A DNA stretch of 64,000 nt, from the NCBI RefSeq assembly GCF_001194135.2, contig NC_068983.1:99211079-99275078 (forward strand). The letters run 5' to 3'. The position numbers and the translations under genes were made by a program. Shown here piece after piece: positions 1 to 12,531 of this stretch. Source of the DNA: Octopus bimaculoides (taxonomy: Eukaryota). Each line of letters opens with the position of its first letter. Position 1 is the first letter of the stretch. The notes beneath the pieces are model-generated. The model searched no databases and was not told where the DNA came from. It worked only from the letters and a program-made list of their open reading frames with translations.

Positions 1-610
1 TTACACCATTGTAGCATATGCTCATGCAACTTTCTTTGGTCCATATTCTGCCTACAAAGTTTAATGTACTCTTAAGCAGATCATACTGCTTCACTCCTCC
101 TTAGCTTTCTGTATACAGGTGTCATCCATGTACAGTCTAAACATCTCATACCAACAAATATTGCCTCAATGAACAAAGTATTTGAGAACATCCTACATTG
201 GGGACATAGCAGTTCAGTTCCTTTCAATGATACAAAATCACAATCATGGGAATAGTGATGTATGTCACTTTGTTTCATTTTGAATAACACACACACAACT
301 AAAGCTGTTAAATGCTGGTGCAAATTCTGGTGGGTCTCACCTTCACTCATATATCTATAAAATCATTAGCCCTCTTCTTCGGGGCCAGACAGTTCTTCAT
401 TCAGGATGTGTTGCTGCTACTCATAGAATCTATCTAGACTTTATCAAAAGGAATGTTATTTGTTTGGCAAAGATTCATTTAACATGTTACAAACTCTGAA
501 CTACATGCTTCCAGTTACTCTTAACAATGTCTTTAAAATACAGTTACACATACCAAAGAACAGACTACAGACACTGGGCCACCCAATACCTCATGATCTT
601 TCATGACATT

Positions 611-635
611 TGTGTGTGCGTGTGTGTGTGTGTGT

Positions 636-682
<47 letters not shown>
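611..682. repeat. (GT)n microsatellite
   Basis: About 36 GT units with two interruptions; source of the VCVC/HTHT ORFs. Confidence 0.97.
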
Positions 683-683
<1 letters not shown>

Positions 684-2804
684 TGATAATATTTAATGTA
701 CCCAAAACTGCATGTCATTGACTAGGCCTTGTCTTCTGTGCCAAAAACTACTGCAGTTTTGAACAGCTGCTGAACTCACACCAGATAGAAGTCCAATTCC
801 TACTAGACTGCTGTTCACATAGGTGGGATAGTGCCTTGTCTATCTTCTGACTTTTCTATCATTACTACAATAGTTCCTGCTCCTTTGAATTAGCAAGCTA
901 TGTATTTCTTCCATCATGTTGCCATTTCTACTATATATAACTCAGCACTAAACATCATCATCATCATTTAACATCCGTTTTTCCATATTGGCATGGGTTG
1001 GACTTTTTCCAATACCTTCATCCTTGGAACTGCAATCATCTAGAACTCAGTCCCACTTCTTTCTCTATAAGTGTCAACTTTTAGAAGTTCAATATCAGCT
1101 TCATCAATTTAACAAAGAGCATGGACATTGTCTCTCCTCACTAGAATAAAATTAAAAGAAAAAAGTTTTCTCTCAGGGTTTTTATTCTTCATTGTTTAAG
1201 ATAAAGACTGAATAAACATGTATTTAGATATATACTTCTTTGTGATTATTCAGACCAACTCAGAAGATACCATCTTTGCAGCTTAAAAATAAATGACTTT
1301 CATATTCACTTGAAATTATTGCAATGAAATGAGTGTAAAGGCTTATTTATCCATAACTCCCCACAAACTATGAGTATTATCCTTCCTTAGACAACTTTAT
1401 TAAAAAACAATTATCATTTATTTATTTCATATTTTGAAATAACTCTTCTTACTGTAAATACAAATGAAATAGGAAAGATAAGTTTAATTTAAAAGATACT
1501 TTTTTTTTAATATATAGGCCTGAATAAAACATTCTGAATTATTTTCCTCTATTAAACATCACATGTGAATATAAGATCTTAACAGTACACGTGATCATAT
1601 GTGCTTCCTATTTGATTTAATTGTATTAACTTAATTACTTATTGTTAATCCTTATATTGGTTGCCAAGAGCTTAGTAAGTTAAGTACTATTGGCTTGTGT
1701 ATTTAGAAACTTTGTTATAGTCTCATCTGTAAACAAGATTTACCTGAGTGAAGTTTTTTCTTATTGCCTCTATTTTAGGCAACTAGCTAAACAAGAAAGC
1801 AATTTCATTATTTTTCACTGTACTAGCTGAATGTTCCATTGTACCATACTAATTACTGTCATTATTCATCCCCAAAATATATCATAGTCTTAGTAATTCA
1901 TTGCCTGCTCAGATTAGGTGATTTTATCAAATTGCAGTATAGAAAGTTGCAATTTAATTTTAGCATAACATTTATCATATTTTCTCTGTCTGCACCGTTT
2001 TCTTGATGAGTTTCTTTTCAGTTTGCTAATAATAATTTTTCATTTCATTACACATTATTAGAGGTAAACACCCATCTAAGTTATTTCATTTTTATTACAC
2101 AGAAACATGTTGTTAGTAACATTTCCAGTTGGACAATTCAAAGATTTCCCTAACCATTAATGATAGGCTTGACAACAACTTCTCATACACCTAGCTTTTA
2201 ATAAATCTATTGTCCTACATTTCTTCTTTATCTTTTTATCATGCAGGGCAAATTAATGAGATAAAAAGTCAAAACTACTGCACTGAGCATCATTACATAA
2301 TCTACCAGTTTAGCTAAAAGTTATCCAAATATTTCTGACTATTTCTTGTTAATTTTCCTAATGAATTATTTTGTTAGTTGGAGTAGCAACTGAACATATA
2401 GCAGTTCCCTTTCATTTGCTTCACATCACTTGTGTGCTACTTGATTTTATATTTTCTTTGTGATAGTACTTTTTCTCCCCACAGCAGTCATTAGTGGTCA
2501 TTCATTCTGTCATCATTCATGCCTAGTAGCCAAGTGCTGTATGAATAATTGTAATGACATAAGTATTCATAATTAGTATGGATAATTACAAAGAATTAAA
2601 GTTGGATATACAGAATTTTACATTATAGTTGTAATCTTAATGTTCAAAACTGAAAATATAGATTTTTAATGATTAACCTTCTAAAAAGTAATGGTGAGGT
2701 TTATTTACTTGAGAATTCTTCATTTCAAAAGCATAATGTCTAGATGAAATGTGTGCTTAGTAGATGCCATATGAGTCTAATGGGTACATTTAATTTATCT
2801 TATA

Positions 2805-3207
2805 TCTTTTGTTTCAGTCATTAGACTGTGGCCATGTTGGGGCATCACTTTGAAGAATTTTTAGTTGAATGTATTGAACCCAGTACTTTTATTTTTAAAG
2901 CCCAGTACTTATTCTATAGGTCTTATTTGCTGAACTGCTATGTTGCAGGCACGTAAACACACCAGCACTGGTTATCGAGTGATGGTGATGGAGGACAAGC
3001 ACAGACACAAAGACACACACACACACACAAACAATGAGCTTCTTTCAGTTTCTACCTATCAAGCCCACTCACAAGGCTTTACACATTCTTGACATCGACC
3101 TGAGACTATAATAGAAGACACTTGCCCAAGGCACTACACAGTGGGAGTGAGCCTCAAGCCATGTGGCTGAGAAGCAAGTTTCGTACCACACAGCTACACC
3201 TGTGCCT
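2805..3207 (-). mobile_element. tRNA-derived SINE family 1, near full length (head + CA linker + body 1)
   Basis: Reverse complement aligns along its length with the + copy at 50358-50755. Confidence 0.85.
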
Positions 3208-5789
3208 ATAATTAGATTATTTTCTTGAATTAGCTTTCTCATGTCAACTTAGACTATGGGCATTAAATGTGAAAATGTTAGCTTCAAAGTTGTACATTCT
3301 GACAGTAACATTTTCTGGTTTTTCTACTAGCAGTAAAATAACTGTAGAGATTGTTTCTTTTTCCTTCTTGTTCAGAAAATTTGATTACCATTTGTTGAAC
3401 TGACTACTTCAAATCTAAGTCGTGTTTTGCAAAGCAAAAATACTTTCACTATCATATATCAACTATTTCAAATGCCTTTCTTTTTCAGTTCTCTCTCACC
3501 TTTCCTACAACATGTGCTATTCTATTTTGCAGATGTTGAGAATTGCTTGAAAGAGTTTAAATACATGTTTTGTTTGCACTACATATTTTTTTCCATAGAC
3601 AGTAGACGTGCTTTCATCACTGAAGTTGGAGTCAACTACTTAAAGTGTGTCCCATAGTTAGATGTGTTTATTTTTCTAATTATGTTTCTCTTTGTTCTCA
3701 CATGGATCTTCTGTGGTACAATGTTTGATTAGAAATATGTCGTTAATGATATTTAAGTATAAATCCTGACAAGTAATTAAGAAACTATTAGTTTAGACAT
3801 TTCCTTTCAAAGAATTCCCTTTTTTATTGTAATAATGCATTTTGGATTTTTTTTTCGCTATAAGTTTTTCATGTTGCTCGTCTGTTAGAGATCACTTTAC
3901 ACATTCTTGACATTAACATCATATGTTGTATAATTAAAGTGTAAATTAAATCTGGTTTTGTATCAAAATTGAAAACAATATCATATATTAAATGGACAGT
4001 AAATGATGTTCTTTTAATTATCATTCACTTCTTATATGCTAGTTTTCTTCAAAACTTTTGTTTTAGTAGCTATATTGATAATCTCTTCATATTGTTCTAT
4101 GTGTTTAGTTAGACAACCCAGCTTTATCTTTCATACTTTTTATCATTATATATATATTAATATATAGGTGCAGGCCTGGTTATGTGGTAACAAGTTTGCT
4201 TCCCAACCACATGGTTCCAGGTTCAATTCCACTGTGTTAGAATTACAAAATATCTGCATAAATTTCAAACTGGAATCAAGAAATTTTACAAGTAACACTA
4301 TTATAAATAACACTTCAAGAAAATATTTAATTCTTTAAAAACAGAAAACAAAAAAACCAAAAACCAAAACAAAACTATATTTTCTAATAACTATATTTTC
4401 TCTCTCTAAATTTTATCGGATCAGCAAATTGTAGTGTATTATTTTTACCTATGTTGTTTATATGTTTATTGCAGTTAATTTAATCTCTCATACAATTTGA
4501 TTTTCAATATCTCCCATCAGATTCTTTTTATCTTTGTCTTTAGACTTATCATTGAGATTAATTTCTTTTTGTTCATCTATTCCATCAAGTGTTATTGCTA
4601 CAATTGAATGTGATAATGCTTATAGCCATATGATAAGGTCACATTCATTTCCCACTGTAAACATTAATTGCATGCATTTTTTTTTATAGAATGCTAATAC
4701 TTATGTCATTAATTAATTAGTAAAACTAATTAATCACTTTCTGTGTTGCATTTAAAGCAATTACAAATTCATAACAAATAGTAGTTCCTTTTGATAATAA
4801 AATACAAGGCTAATTCTCAAATTATCTGTAATGTATTCCTAATACTTATTTCTATTGATCTTAAGGATTTGAAATCCAAGTAACCCAAGTGAATTTGAAC
4901 TCAGAGTGAATTCGAACAACTTTTGATATAGTTGCATTACAAGGTTTAGTTATCTTTTTTAGGACATGAACTAGAAAGTTAACTGAATCAATGATTGCAT
5001 TTGACTAGTACCTTTTTTCTATCAACCCTGGAAGGACAAACAATAAATTTACTCTGATGGGATTTGAACATAAGATCTGAATGGAACAAACCATCATTCT
5101 GGTGTCTTAATCAATTCCACTGCCATAAGTTTGCAATGGATATTGCTTTTGTGTTGAAATAGCAAAGTCTGTTCATGCATATCATTAATAGCTAGTAGAA
5201 TGTTAAATTTATGAAATTTTAAGTATAAAATCTGATATTGGAGAACACAAATATACAACAGTTCGTGTTACTTTAGTGTGCAATCTACCTCTCCATTTAC
5301 ACTTCAGTTGGTGGTCTCTCTGCACATTTAGATTTTAGTGTGCAGTCTGCCTCTACTACAAGAGGACGATAAAACAAGTTGAATAACATTAAATAAGGAT
5401 TTATTATTAATGGCATACTTAAGTCATCAAGCTTGGCAGAATCATTATCAAGCTGGACGAAATGCTTTGTGGCATTTCTTCTGGCTTTGTTCTGAGTTGA
5501 AATTCTATCAAAGTCGATTTGCCTTCTATTCTTTCTGGGTCTATAAAATAAACACCAGCTGAACATTGGGGTTGATGTAATCTCTCCAAGTTTCAGGCCT
5601 TGTGCTTATTGTAGAATGAATTATTAATGATATAAAATTAATCAATATGAGTCATATTCATTAGAATTATAATCCTCAAAAAATGCAAAACAGTACATTA
5701 ATGGTCATGATTATAATGGAATTCATTTGTGTTACATAACTGATACAAACAATTTACATTTAAATCCTTTAATGGTACATACTTCATGA

Positions 5790-5992
5790 GGCGCAGGAGT
5801 GGCTGTGTGGTAAGTAGCTTGCTTACCAACCACANNNNNNNNNNNNNNNNNNNNNNNNNNNNNNNNNNNNNNNNNNNNNNNNNNNNNNNNNNNNNNNNNN
5901 NNNNNNNNNNNNNNNNNNNNNNNNNNNNNNNNNNAATAAGTCCTGGGGTCGATTTGCTCGACTAAAGGCGGTGCTCCAGCAAGTAAAAGAGT
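5790..5992 (+). mobile_element. SINE family 1, interrupted by a 100-N gap
   Basis: GGCGCAGGAGTGGCTGTGTGGTAAG head; 3' end GGGGTCGATTTGCTCGACTAAAGGCGGTGCTCCAGC...AAGTAAAAGAG. Confidence 0.85.
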
Positions 5993-6229
5993 ATAATTTC
6001 GGAATGCTACAAACAAATCTACTGCAGTTTTCTCAGTACTTTCCAGCAAACATGATTAAGGTGTGACTGGAAAACACTAATGACACTTCTTATTTTCATA
6101 AAAATCCAACCATGATTGTTCAGTAGCCTGCATGTGTGCTCCAGTCATTGGCTCCAAATAACATCCTTGATGGTTCACTGTCACAGCATACATAGACTAT
6201 AGATACTGCAGTAGACTGCATACTAAAGT

Positions 6230-6585
6230 AACGCCCAACAGGATCCATGCCAAAGAGATTTCATTGAAATTGTTAACATTCTTTAGTTCTCAACTCTTTG
6301 ATAATGGAGATGATTACAAATGATCATCTCTTTTGAATCTGTCCCCCTTCTTCAGTGATTACTGATATGGCTTTAGAGATCTTTAGAGCCTTAGAGGTCT
6401 TTCCTACATTACGTACCCGTAGTCTCATGCCCTTAAAAACATTGAAAGAAAAGCAATACTCAGAAAAGCAACAAAGCCTTTGCCTGGTGTGAGAATTTGC
6501 TGACAAAGCTGCCTGCTTCCCTTATAGGTTGAAATTGTCCTTAGTAACATGGATCAATAGTTTTCTGTCAGTTTGTGGCAGTCTG
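6230..6585 (+). mobile_element. Decayed L2/CR1-group LINE reverse transcriptase fragment
   Basis: Broken frames give FSDY*YGFR, KAFAWCENLLTKLP and LVTWINSFLS, resembling the QYGFR, KAFD.V.H..LL.KL and WI.SFLS RT motifs. Confidence 0.5.
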
Positions 6586-6721
6586 TCTCTCTCTCTCTAT
6601 TTTTTTTCACAGAAATAACTGCTATTTTAAAATTTAGTTGACAGTATTAGTATTTTTTTAATATATTTATTGTATTTTTTAATGAAAATTTAAGACTATT
6701 CAGCTGTATTATAGATAAAAG

Positions 6722-6890
6722 CACAAGTGTGGCTGTGTAGTTAAGAAGCTTGCTTCCCAGTCATGTGGCCTTGGGCTACATCTCATTATGCAGTATCTTA
6801 GGTAAGTGTCTTCTACTAAGCTCTGGGTTGACCAAAGCCTTAAGAGTAGATTTGGTGGATGGAAAGAGTAGATTTGGTGTCTGTGTGTGT
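6722..6890 (+). mobile_element. SINE family 1 head only
   Basis: GTGGCTGTGTAGTTAAGAAGCTTGCTTCCC...GTGTCTTCTACTAAGC...CCAAAGCCTT. Confidence 0.7.
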
Positions 6891-7650
6891 CATTTAATAT
6901 ACACAATTTAAAAAAGAGCTACTCACGATGTAGAGGTACAATAATTTGGCTGATCTATGTAACATTCCATGTATCTCCAAGCAATCTTTCAAGCTCAGTG
7001 TATACCATGTGACCTATTTGAAAACCAGGATGCTGATCTATGAGAAAAAAAAAAGAATGAAAAGGAAAATGTGAAGATGGTTAATGCAAAAAATGGAATG
7101 AGAAGAGAAGAAAAGAAAAGTAAGAAGACCAAGATCTTTGTCCCCTTTGTCTATAGAAGTCATAATTAAGCGAGCTGGTGTAGAATAATATAATGGAGAG
7201 GAGACTAAAGTTTGTGAGATATCTACTCAATTCAGAGAGGATAAAAGAAATTTGTTCATGTGCTTGCATTTGCTAAAAATCTGGAATTAAGTAGTGTGGT
7301 AGAATTCTTGGATCTAAAAAGAATGTGCAATCATTCATCTATGCATAACTTTCATCTCTTTAATCTATTTATATATGGTACAGATTTCTCCATGATTCTC
7401 CACTTCATTGTATGTGATCTGCAGTTGGTCTTCAGATCCCATACATGGCTAGCCAACCTAGTGGCTTTATTTTTCAGAAAGCGTTGGAAAGAAGACTGAT
7501 GGTTTGCATAACGGCTTTTAAAATTACCAAATTATTGTATCTCTACAGCATGAAACTATTATTAGTTCTTTTTAGAATTGTGTATATTAAATAATATTAA
7601 TCTCTCACAGGATAGAGTACTTTGTTGATCCTACCTATAATAGAACAGTA

Positions 7651-7688
<38 letters not shown>

Positions 7689-7699
7689 GTGTATGTATG

Positions 7700-7975
7700 T
7701 AGTGAGTATGTGTGTTTGTGCGTACGCTTGACTTGATATTACATGATGATTATAAACAAGTATCATCGTCAAACAAGCAGTGTTGTTTGTTTCTGGTCTT
7801 CTATGAAAAACATGTCTAGCAATGGGGAAGTATTACCTTGCTTGGAAGCCGGTGTGGGATAGCAACAGAAAGGACATTAGGCTGTAGAAACTCTGCCTCC
7901 ACAAATTCTGTCCAATACATGCAGGCAAGGAAAAGTGGATGTTAATTAATGTCGATGGTGAGGATGAGGATGATT
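7700..7975 (+). mobile_element. SINE body 2 ((GAT)n-type tail)
   Basis: Similar to 34395-34592, 61260-61565 and the reverse complement of 45070-45330 (AACATGTCT..CAATGGGGAA.TATTACCTTGCTTGGAA). Confidence 0.7.
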
Positions 7976-8323
7976 TTTGTCAGAATGAATTTAATGCTGA
8001 GACATTATCTTTTATTTCTATTTGAAACAATCCCATTTTATATGCAATCTGAGGAAGTACTACTGAGATTTTAATTTATATCTGTTTTATCCTTCCTGTT
8101 CTATTTATAAACAGACTATATTGACATTTCTGCGAGTGTGAGTGTTACCATTGTTTCTTTCTCTGTGGGTAGGCTTTTCTCTGTGGGATGTGTTTATGAA
8201 CCAGTGTTGAAATCCAGTTGAGTCACTTTTTTATTTTGCTTATACTGCATCACTATATGTCAGTTTGTAGTCAATAATTTACAGAGAAATATGCTTAATT
8301 ACATGGATTTGTCACAGACACAC

Positions 8324-8773
8324 TAAACTCTTTTGATACCAATCTGCCTGAAACCATCTCTGGCTCTGTAGTACAAATGTCTTGTTTTCAAAAGTTCTGA
8401 ATTAAAATCTTTCACCAAAACTTAGTCTTAATTTATGTTGCTAACACTAGCTTAATAATAACAAAGTTATTTTATTAGGTTCTTTGTTATATTGAATCCT
8501 TTAGTATTTAAACTGGTCATATCCGGCCCAAATATCTGACCTGTTTTGTTTTCAAACTGACCAGATCTGGCCTGTCACACTTCATCTACAATGTCATTCT
8601 AAAAATAAACAGTCACATTATTTAAATCTCAAAGCTATAAGATAATATGGGATTAATTAAAAGCAACATGAACAAATAAGCATTGCATTTGACAGAATAA
8701 TCTGAATGCTAAAAGGTTAACATTAATTGAAATAAACACAGAGTATCTCAACAGAAATATGGTAACAAGTGGG
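8324..8773 (-). mobile_element. TTAA-targeting MITE family B, split by a family A insertion
   Basis: Flanking halves are the reverse complement of 40420-40639; ends GGG followed by TTAA (8774-8777). Confidence 0.8.
8497..8716. mobile_element. TTAA-targeting (piggyBac-type) MITE family A
   Basis: Termini (T)CCTTTAG...CTAAAAGG; flanks TGAA (8493-8496) and TTAA (8717-8720); five more ~220-bp copies in the window. Confidence 0.85.
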
Positions 8774-10029
8774 TTAAAGCTAAAATCTTCACTGATTCCT
8801 TAATGATCCAACGAAAGCATTTATACTATCATTCAAACCTCATCTATAGCAAATATGTCATGAAACTATGTTCCTGTTTACTCAAATATAATATTTACTT
8901 TTCAAAATATAATATATTATGTAAATACAAAAAAAAAAAGTATTATTCAGTAGCTTTAATTTTACCTCTCGTTATTTAGGTCATATATTATAACCAGGTT
9001 AGGATTTACTGTGTTATTTATACATCTAAATTAGAATGATTTAGTTATTATTTTATTCATGTACTTACCTTTTGATATACTTGTGGTATGGATTATTAAT
9101 TATGATCAAGTAACTACTTCTGCTTCTCTTAATAAAAAAGAAAAACAAATGTTTTTACTTTTGATAGAAAATAAAAACAGTTTGCTAGTTAAACTTGCTA
9201 ACATACATTATAAACTTAGTAAGAGGTCTCTATGTACAAAACTGGTTATTAATTTATCGTTGTTTAGCCCTCAACGTAAGTCCGATCTACTAGACCTATG
9301 ATAAAAAAATATTGCAACTGTGACCATCCTTTCTTTTAGAATTATGTCTAGAAATACATTGTATAATGTGTTCTTACCTTTTTTTAAGATGGTAGCATAT
9401 GATTTCAAGGAAAATTGACTGCTATCTCTAGCAGGTCAAACAACTACATAGGGATTCCTGTGTTTGTTTTATTGGTGTGCTTGTTTGCTGTCACTTAGGT
9501 TTCTACCAAAGTGATATACCACTTCATCCTGTTAAGTTTTGTATTTCTAATTCTACCGAGAATTATGGTCAAAGTTTGGAATGAATCTGTTAGTAATCTT
9601 TCTTCAGGTAGTTACTAGTATGAGAACGAACTTTTGACTCTATCTTGACCACTTTTTCTTTTTCTTTGTCAATTAAAAATTTATGATTGGTTGCCTTCCA
9701 ATATCTTTGACAAGTTGAATAATAACTGGAATAAATCTAAAAACTTCATGCAATTTGACATGCATGCAGAATTGTTTGTAAAAAAAATTTTTTATACAAT
9801 TCTTAATAATATTTAATTATAAAAATACAGTAGGATTTTATTTTTATATACATTGAATGGCTATGGAAGTCCAGTAGAATAAAATAGGAATCAAAGGGGT
9901 CTGTAGGTAAAAAATGGTTTAGAACCACTGGTTTAGACAGATCTGCAGTATGCAGTTTTTTCTGTCTTGCTTCAGCTTGTGTATAAGATCTAGTGCCCTA
10001 CCAAACATCACAATTTCTTCCCAAATTTT

Positions 10030-10400
10030 CCCAAGTCATTCTGCCATAGTTATATGTACCTTCCACTCTTAGCCTATGTCATTTCTTCTCACTCCACAAA
10101 GTCTGCTCTCTTGGCTTGGTTGTATCTTTGCCTTTCAAGTTAACATCACATATCCCACATATCATTGCTATCGCATCTCTCTATCTAATTTTTTCAGACA
10201 TTCTACATTCAATACCCATATCTCAAGACCATACATCACACTCTTCATATGCTTCACACCATCTTTAACGCAGTGAGAAACTTGTTGTTAACTGAGGCAA
10301 CAGATTCCTATACTTTCCACTTCTTTCTCTAGCCCTTATACTTTCTGCCCAGCCACTTCCAGTAGTAAGTGATTCAGCTCAGTAACAAGTTCTCAATGTA
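10030..10400 (-). mobile_element. Highly decayed RTE LINE C-terminal fragment
   Basis: Broken minus frames resemble the RTE ORF at 27119-27466 (FSLRVK, SVMYGLEIWVLNVE, LDR, MIC.IC). Confidence 0.45.
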
Positions 10401-11475
10401 CATCTAATGAATGGTTCATGGACTATATTTCACATATACCTTTACTGCTAGCTACATAGCAAGTATATTTGAAGTCTTGGCTCACTGTGAGAGTGCTGGA
10501 GATAATATTCCATCTTTTGTGTATCCATTGAGTATAAAGCATTAACTTCCTATATACGCTGTTCATATATATCAAGCAAAATCACTTGGCAGATGGTATT
10601 AGAATTTTGCGTTCTTTGTTTATTACTAACTAGCAGTTTGATCTTTGTTAACCCAATATCCTAAAGTTCATGTTGACCTTTTTTATTATGTCTGAACTCA
10701 AGACTATTCTTTCAAGGTTTGGAACTTTCTGTGCAAGTTTTCGACATTTTGCGACAAGTATTAGATTTGGAATTTGAATTAGCAATTTGTTTGGTCTTAT
10801 TGAATAGTTTCCCAGGAGTTTATAGTCTGATGCTTTCAGTGATATATTAAGTGGAAGAATGAAAAGGTGAAGAGGATAGAAACCACTTTAGTCTGGCATT
10901 AGGAATAAACTTGCTTAATAGTTGAACATTTGATACCTGAAAAAGTCATTGGTTTATTAATAAAATTATCAGAGGGCAATGAAATAAAATAAAATAGACT
11001 AGGATTTTTATTTTGCTTTTCCAACAAGAAAAATCTAGTGAATATCCAATTTTTTAAATAAAATAGGAAAAAAATATAGTGTTTTGGAATTGGAAAATAA
11101 AATTTTCTTTTAGATAATAATAATTTACCATTTCAGATATTTGTAATATTTTTCAGGATACCTAATTGCTTAACCATTATAATATTTGTTTTGCTGACTC
11201 ATTGCATTATTTCTTACATATTTTAAACTTTTAGTGTTTAAGCACACCCAAATATTTTCTTAAATTTTGAATATTTGGCTAAGGAAAGAAAGTAAATAGA
11301 TTGTAATTAAAAATATACTGATAGACATCTTGTTGGCATTCTGCTGTTTTTAAAAATGTACACTTTGTATTTAAGGAAAATAATTATGAAGAGTTTAGGG
11401 CAATTTCTTTCTTTCTGCAATGATAATGATAATAATAACAATAATAATGATAATAATAATAATAATAATAATAAA

Positions 11476-11680
11476 TTGTCAGAATCATTAGCATGCTGGC
11501 AAAATATTTAGCGGCATTTTGTCTGTCCTTATGAGCTGAGTTCAAATTCTGCTGTGGTTGACTTAGCCTTTCATCCTTTCAGGGTTGATAAATTAAATAC
11601 CAGTGAAACACTGGGATCGATATAATCAACTAGTCTCCTCCCCGAAAATTTCAAGCCTTGTGCCTTTATAGAAAGGATTA
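11476..11680 (+). mobile_element. SINE family 2
   Basis: CAGAATCATTAGCATGC..GAGTTCAAATTCTGC..GCCTTTCATCCTTTCAGGGTTGATAAATTAA; related copies near 30610, 52300 and 59520. Confidence 0.8.
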
Positions 11681-12487
11681 TTATTATATGATTTTATATG
11701 GAAGTGTACTAAATTGTACTTTTTTAGTGGTACTACTTTATTGAAATTAAAACTTGAAGCAATGATTTAGAGATTTGCGATACAATGTGCAGCTTTCATA
11801 CTTTCAGGCTACTGGATATGTAAGAAAAGTAAGTTATTTTAAGTTTAGAAATTTGAGTTAAATTGCTATAACAGACCATTCTATATTTTATACTTCAATT
11901 CACTTTATGGTTTGAAATGTTAACCCAATCTTCTTGTATTTTTATTTATTCTACATCATTAAATTTCAGTTGGTATAATATTTACAAATTAGTACAATTG
12001 TTTTCAGGTGCCTTGTTTCTTATCTCATCTCTATCATAACCAACATATTATGCAGAAGTCAGCGATGAGATTTTCACTTATTACAACACTTACTGCTTAT
12101 TAACATTTATTAACCAGCTATCATTTCCTGACATACTAATGTAATAAATATAAATGGCTGTCAGAATATTTGTGTATTGAAACCTAAAACTTGCATATAC
12201 TCACTCAGAAGTGTAAGGTAAAGCCCCTACAATAGGGTTGAACTGATCAAAATCTGGTGTTAAGACTGTTATTTTCTTTCTCTTTTTTTGTTCCTTATAA
12301 TCTTTTCACTGGGGACGGTGAAAAATGGAAATGTTATCTATAAGACTTTTGAAAGACATGTATCAGTAAGTCAAAACATTGATGTTTTCATAAATCAGTT
12401 CCTTTGGAACAGTCCTCACTATTTTTCATGCTAGACAATTTTCCCTTAGACTGGGGGATCATGTGTGTATCAAAACACAATAAAGAA

Positions 12488-12531
<44 letters not shown>

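Noticed and set aside
81-350. 89-aa ORF with CPQC/CLDC pairs as a zinc-ribbon protein
   Set aside because: No recognisable family, no clean splice structure, and it includes a (TG)n stretch.
527-721. VCVC/HTHT/YIYI low-complexity ORFs here and elsewhere
   Set aside because: Translations of dinucleotide microsatellites.
2022-2063. Candidate 42-nt exon FANNNFSFHYTLLE and other scattered AG/GT-bounded segments (9499-9607, 11808-11828, 24888-24945)
   Set aside because: Plausible splice sites, but they could not be chained into a coherent or recognisable protein; such matches are expected by chance in AT-rich DNA.
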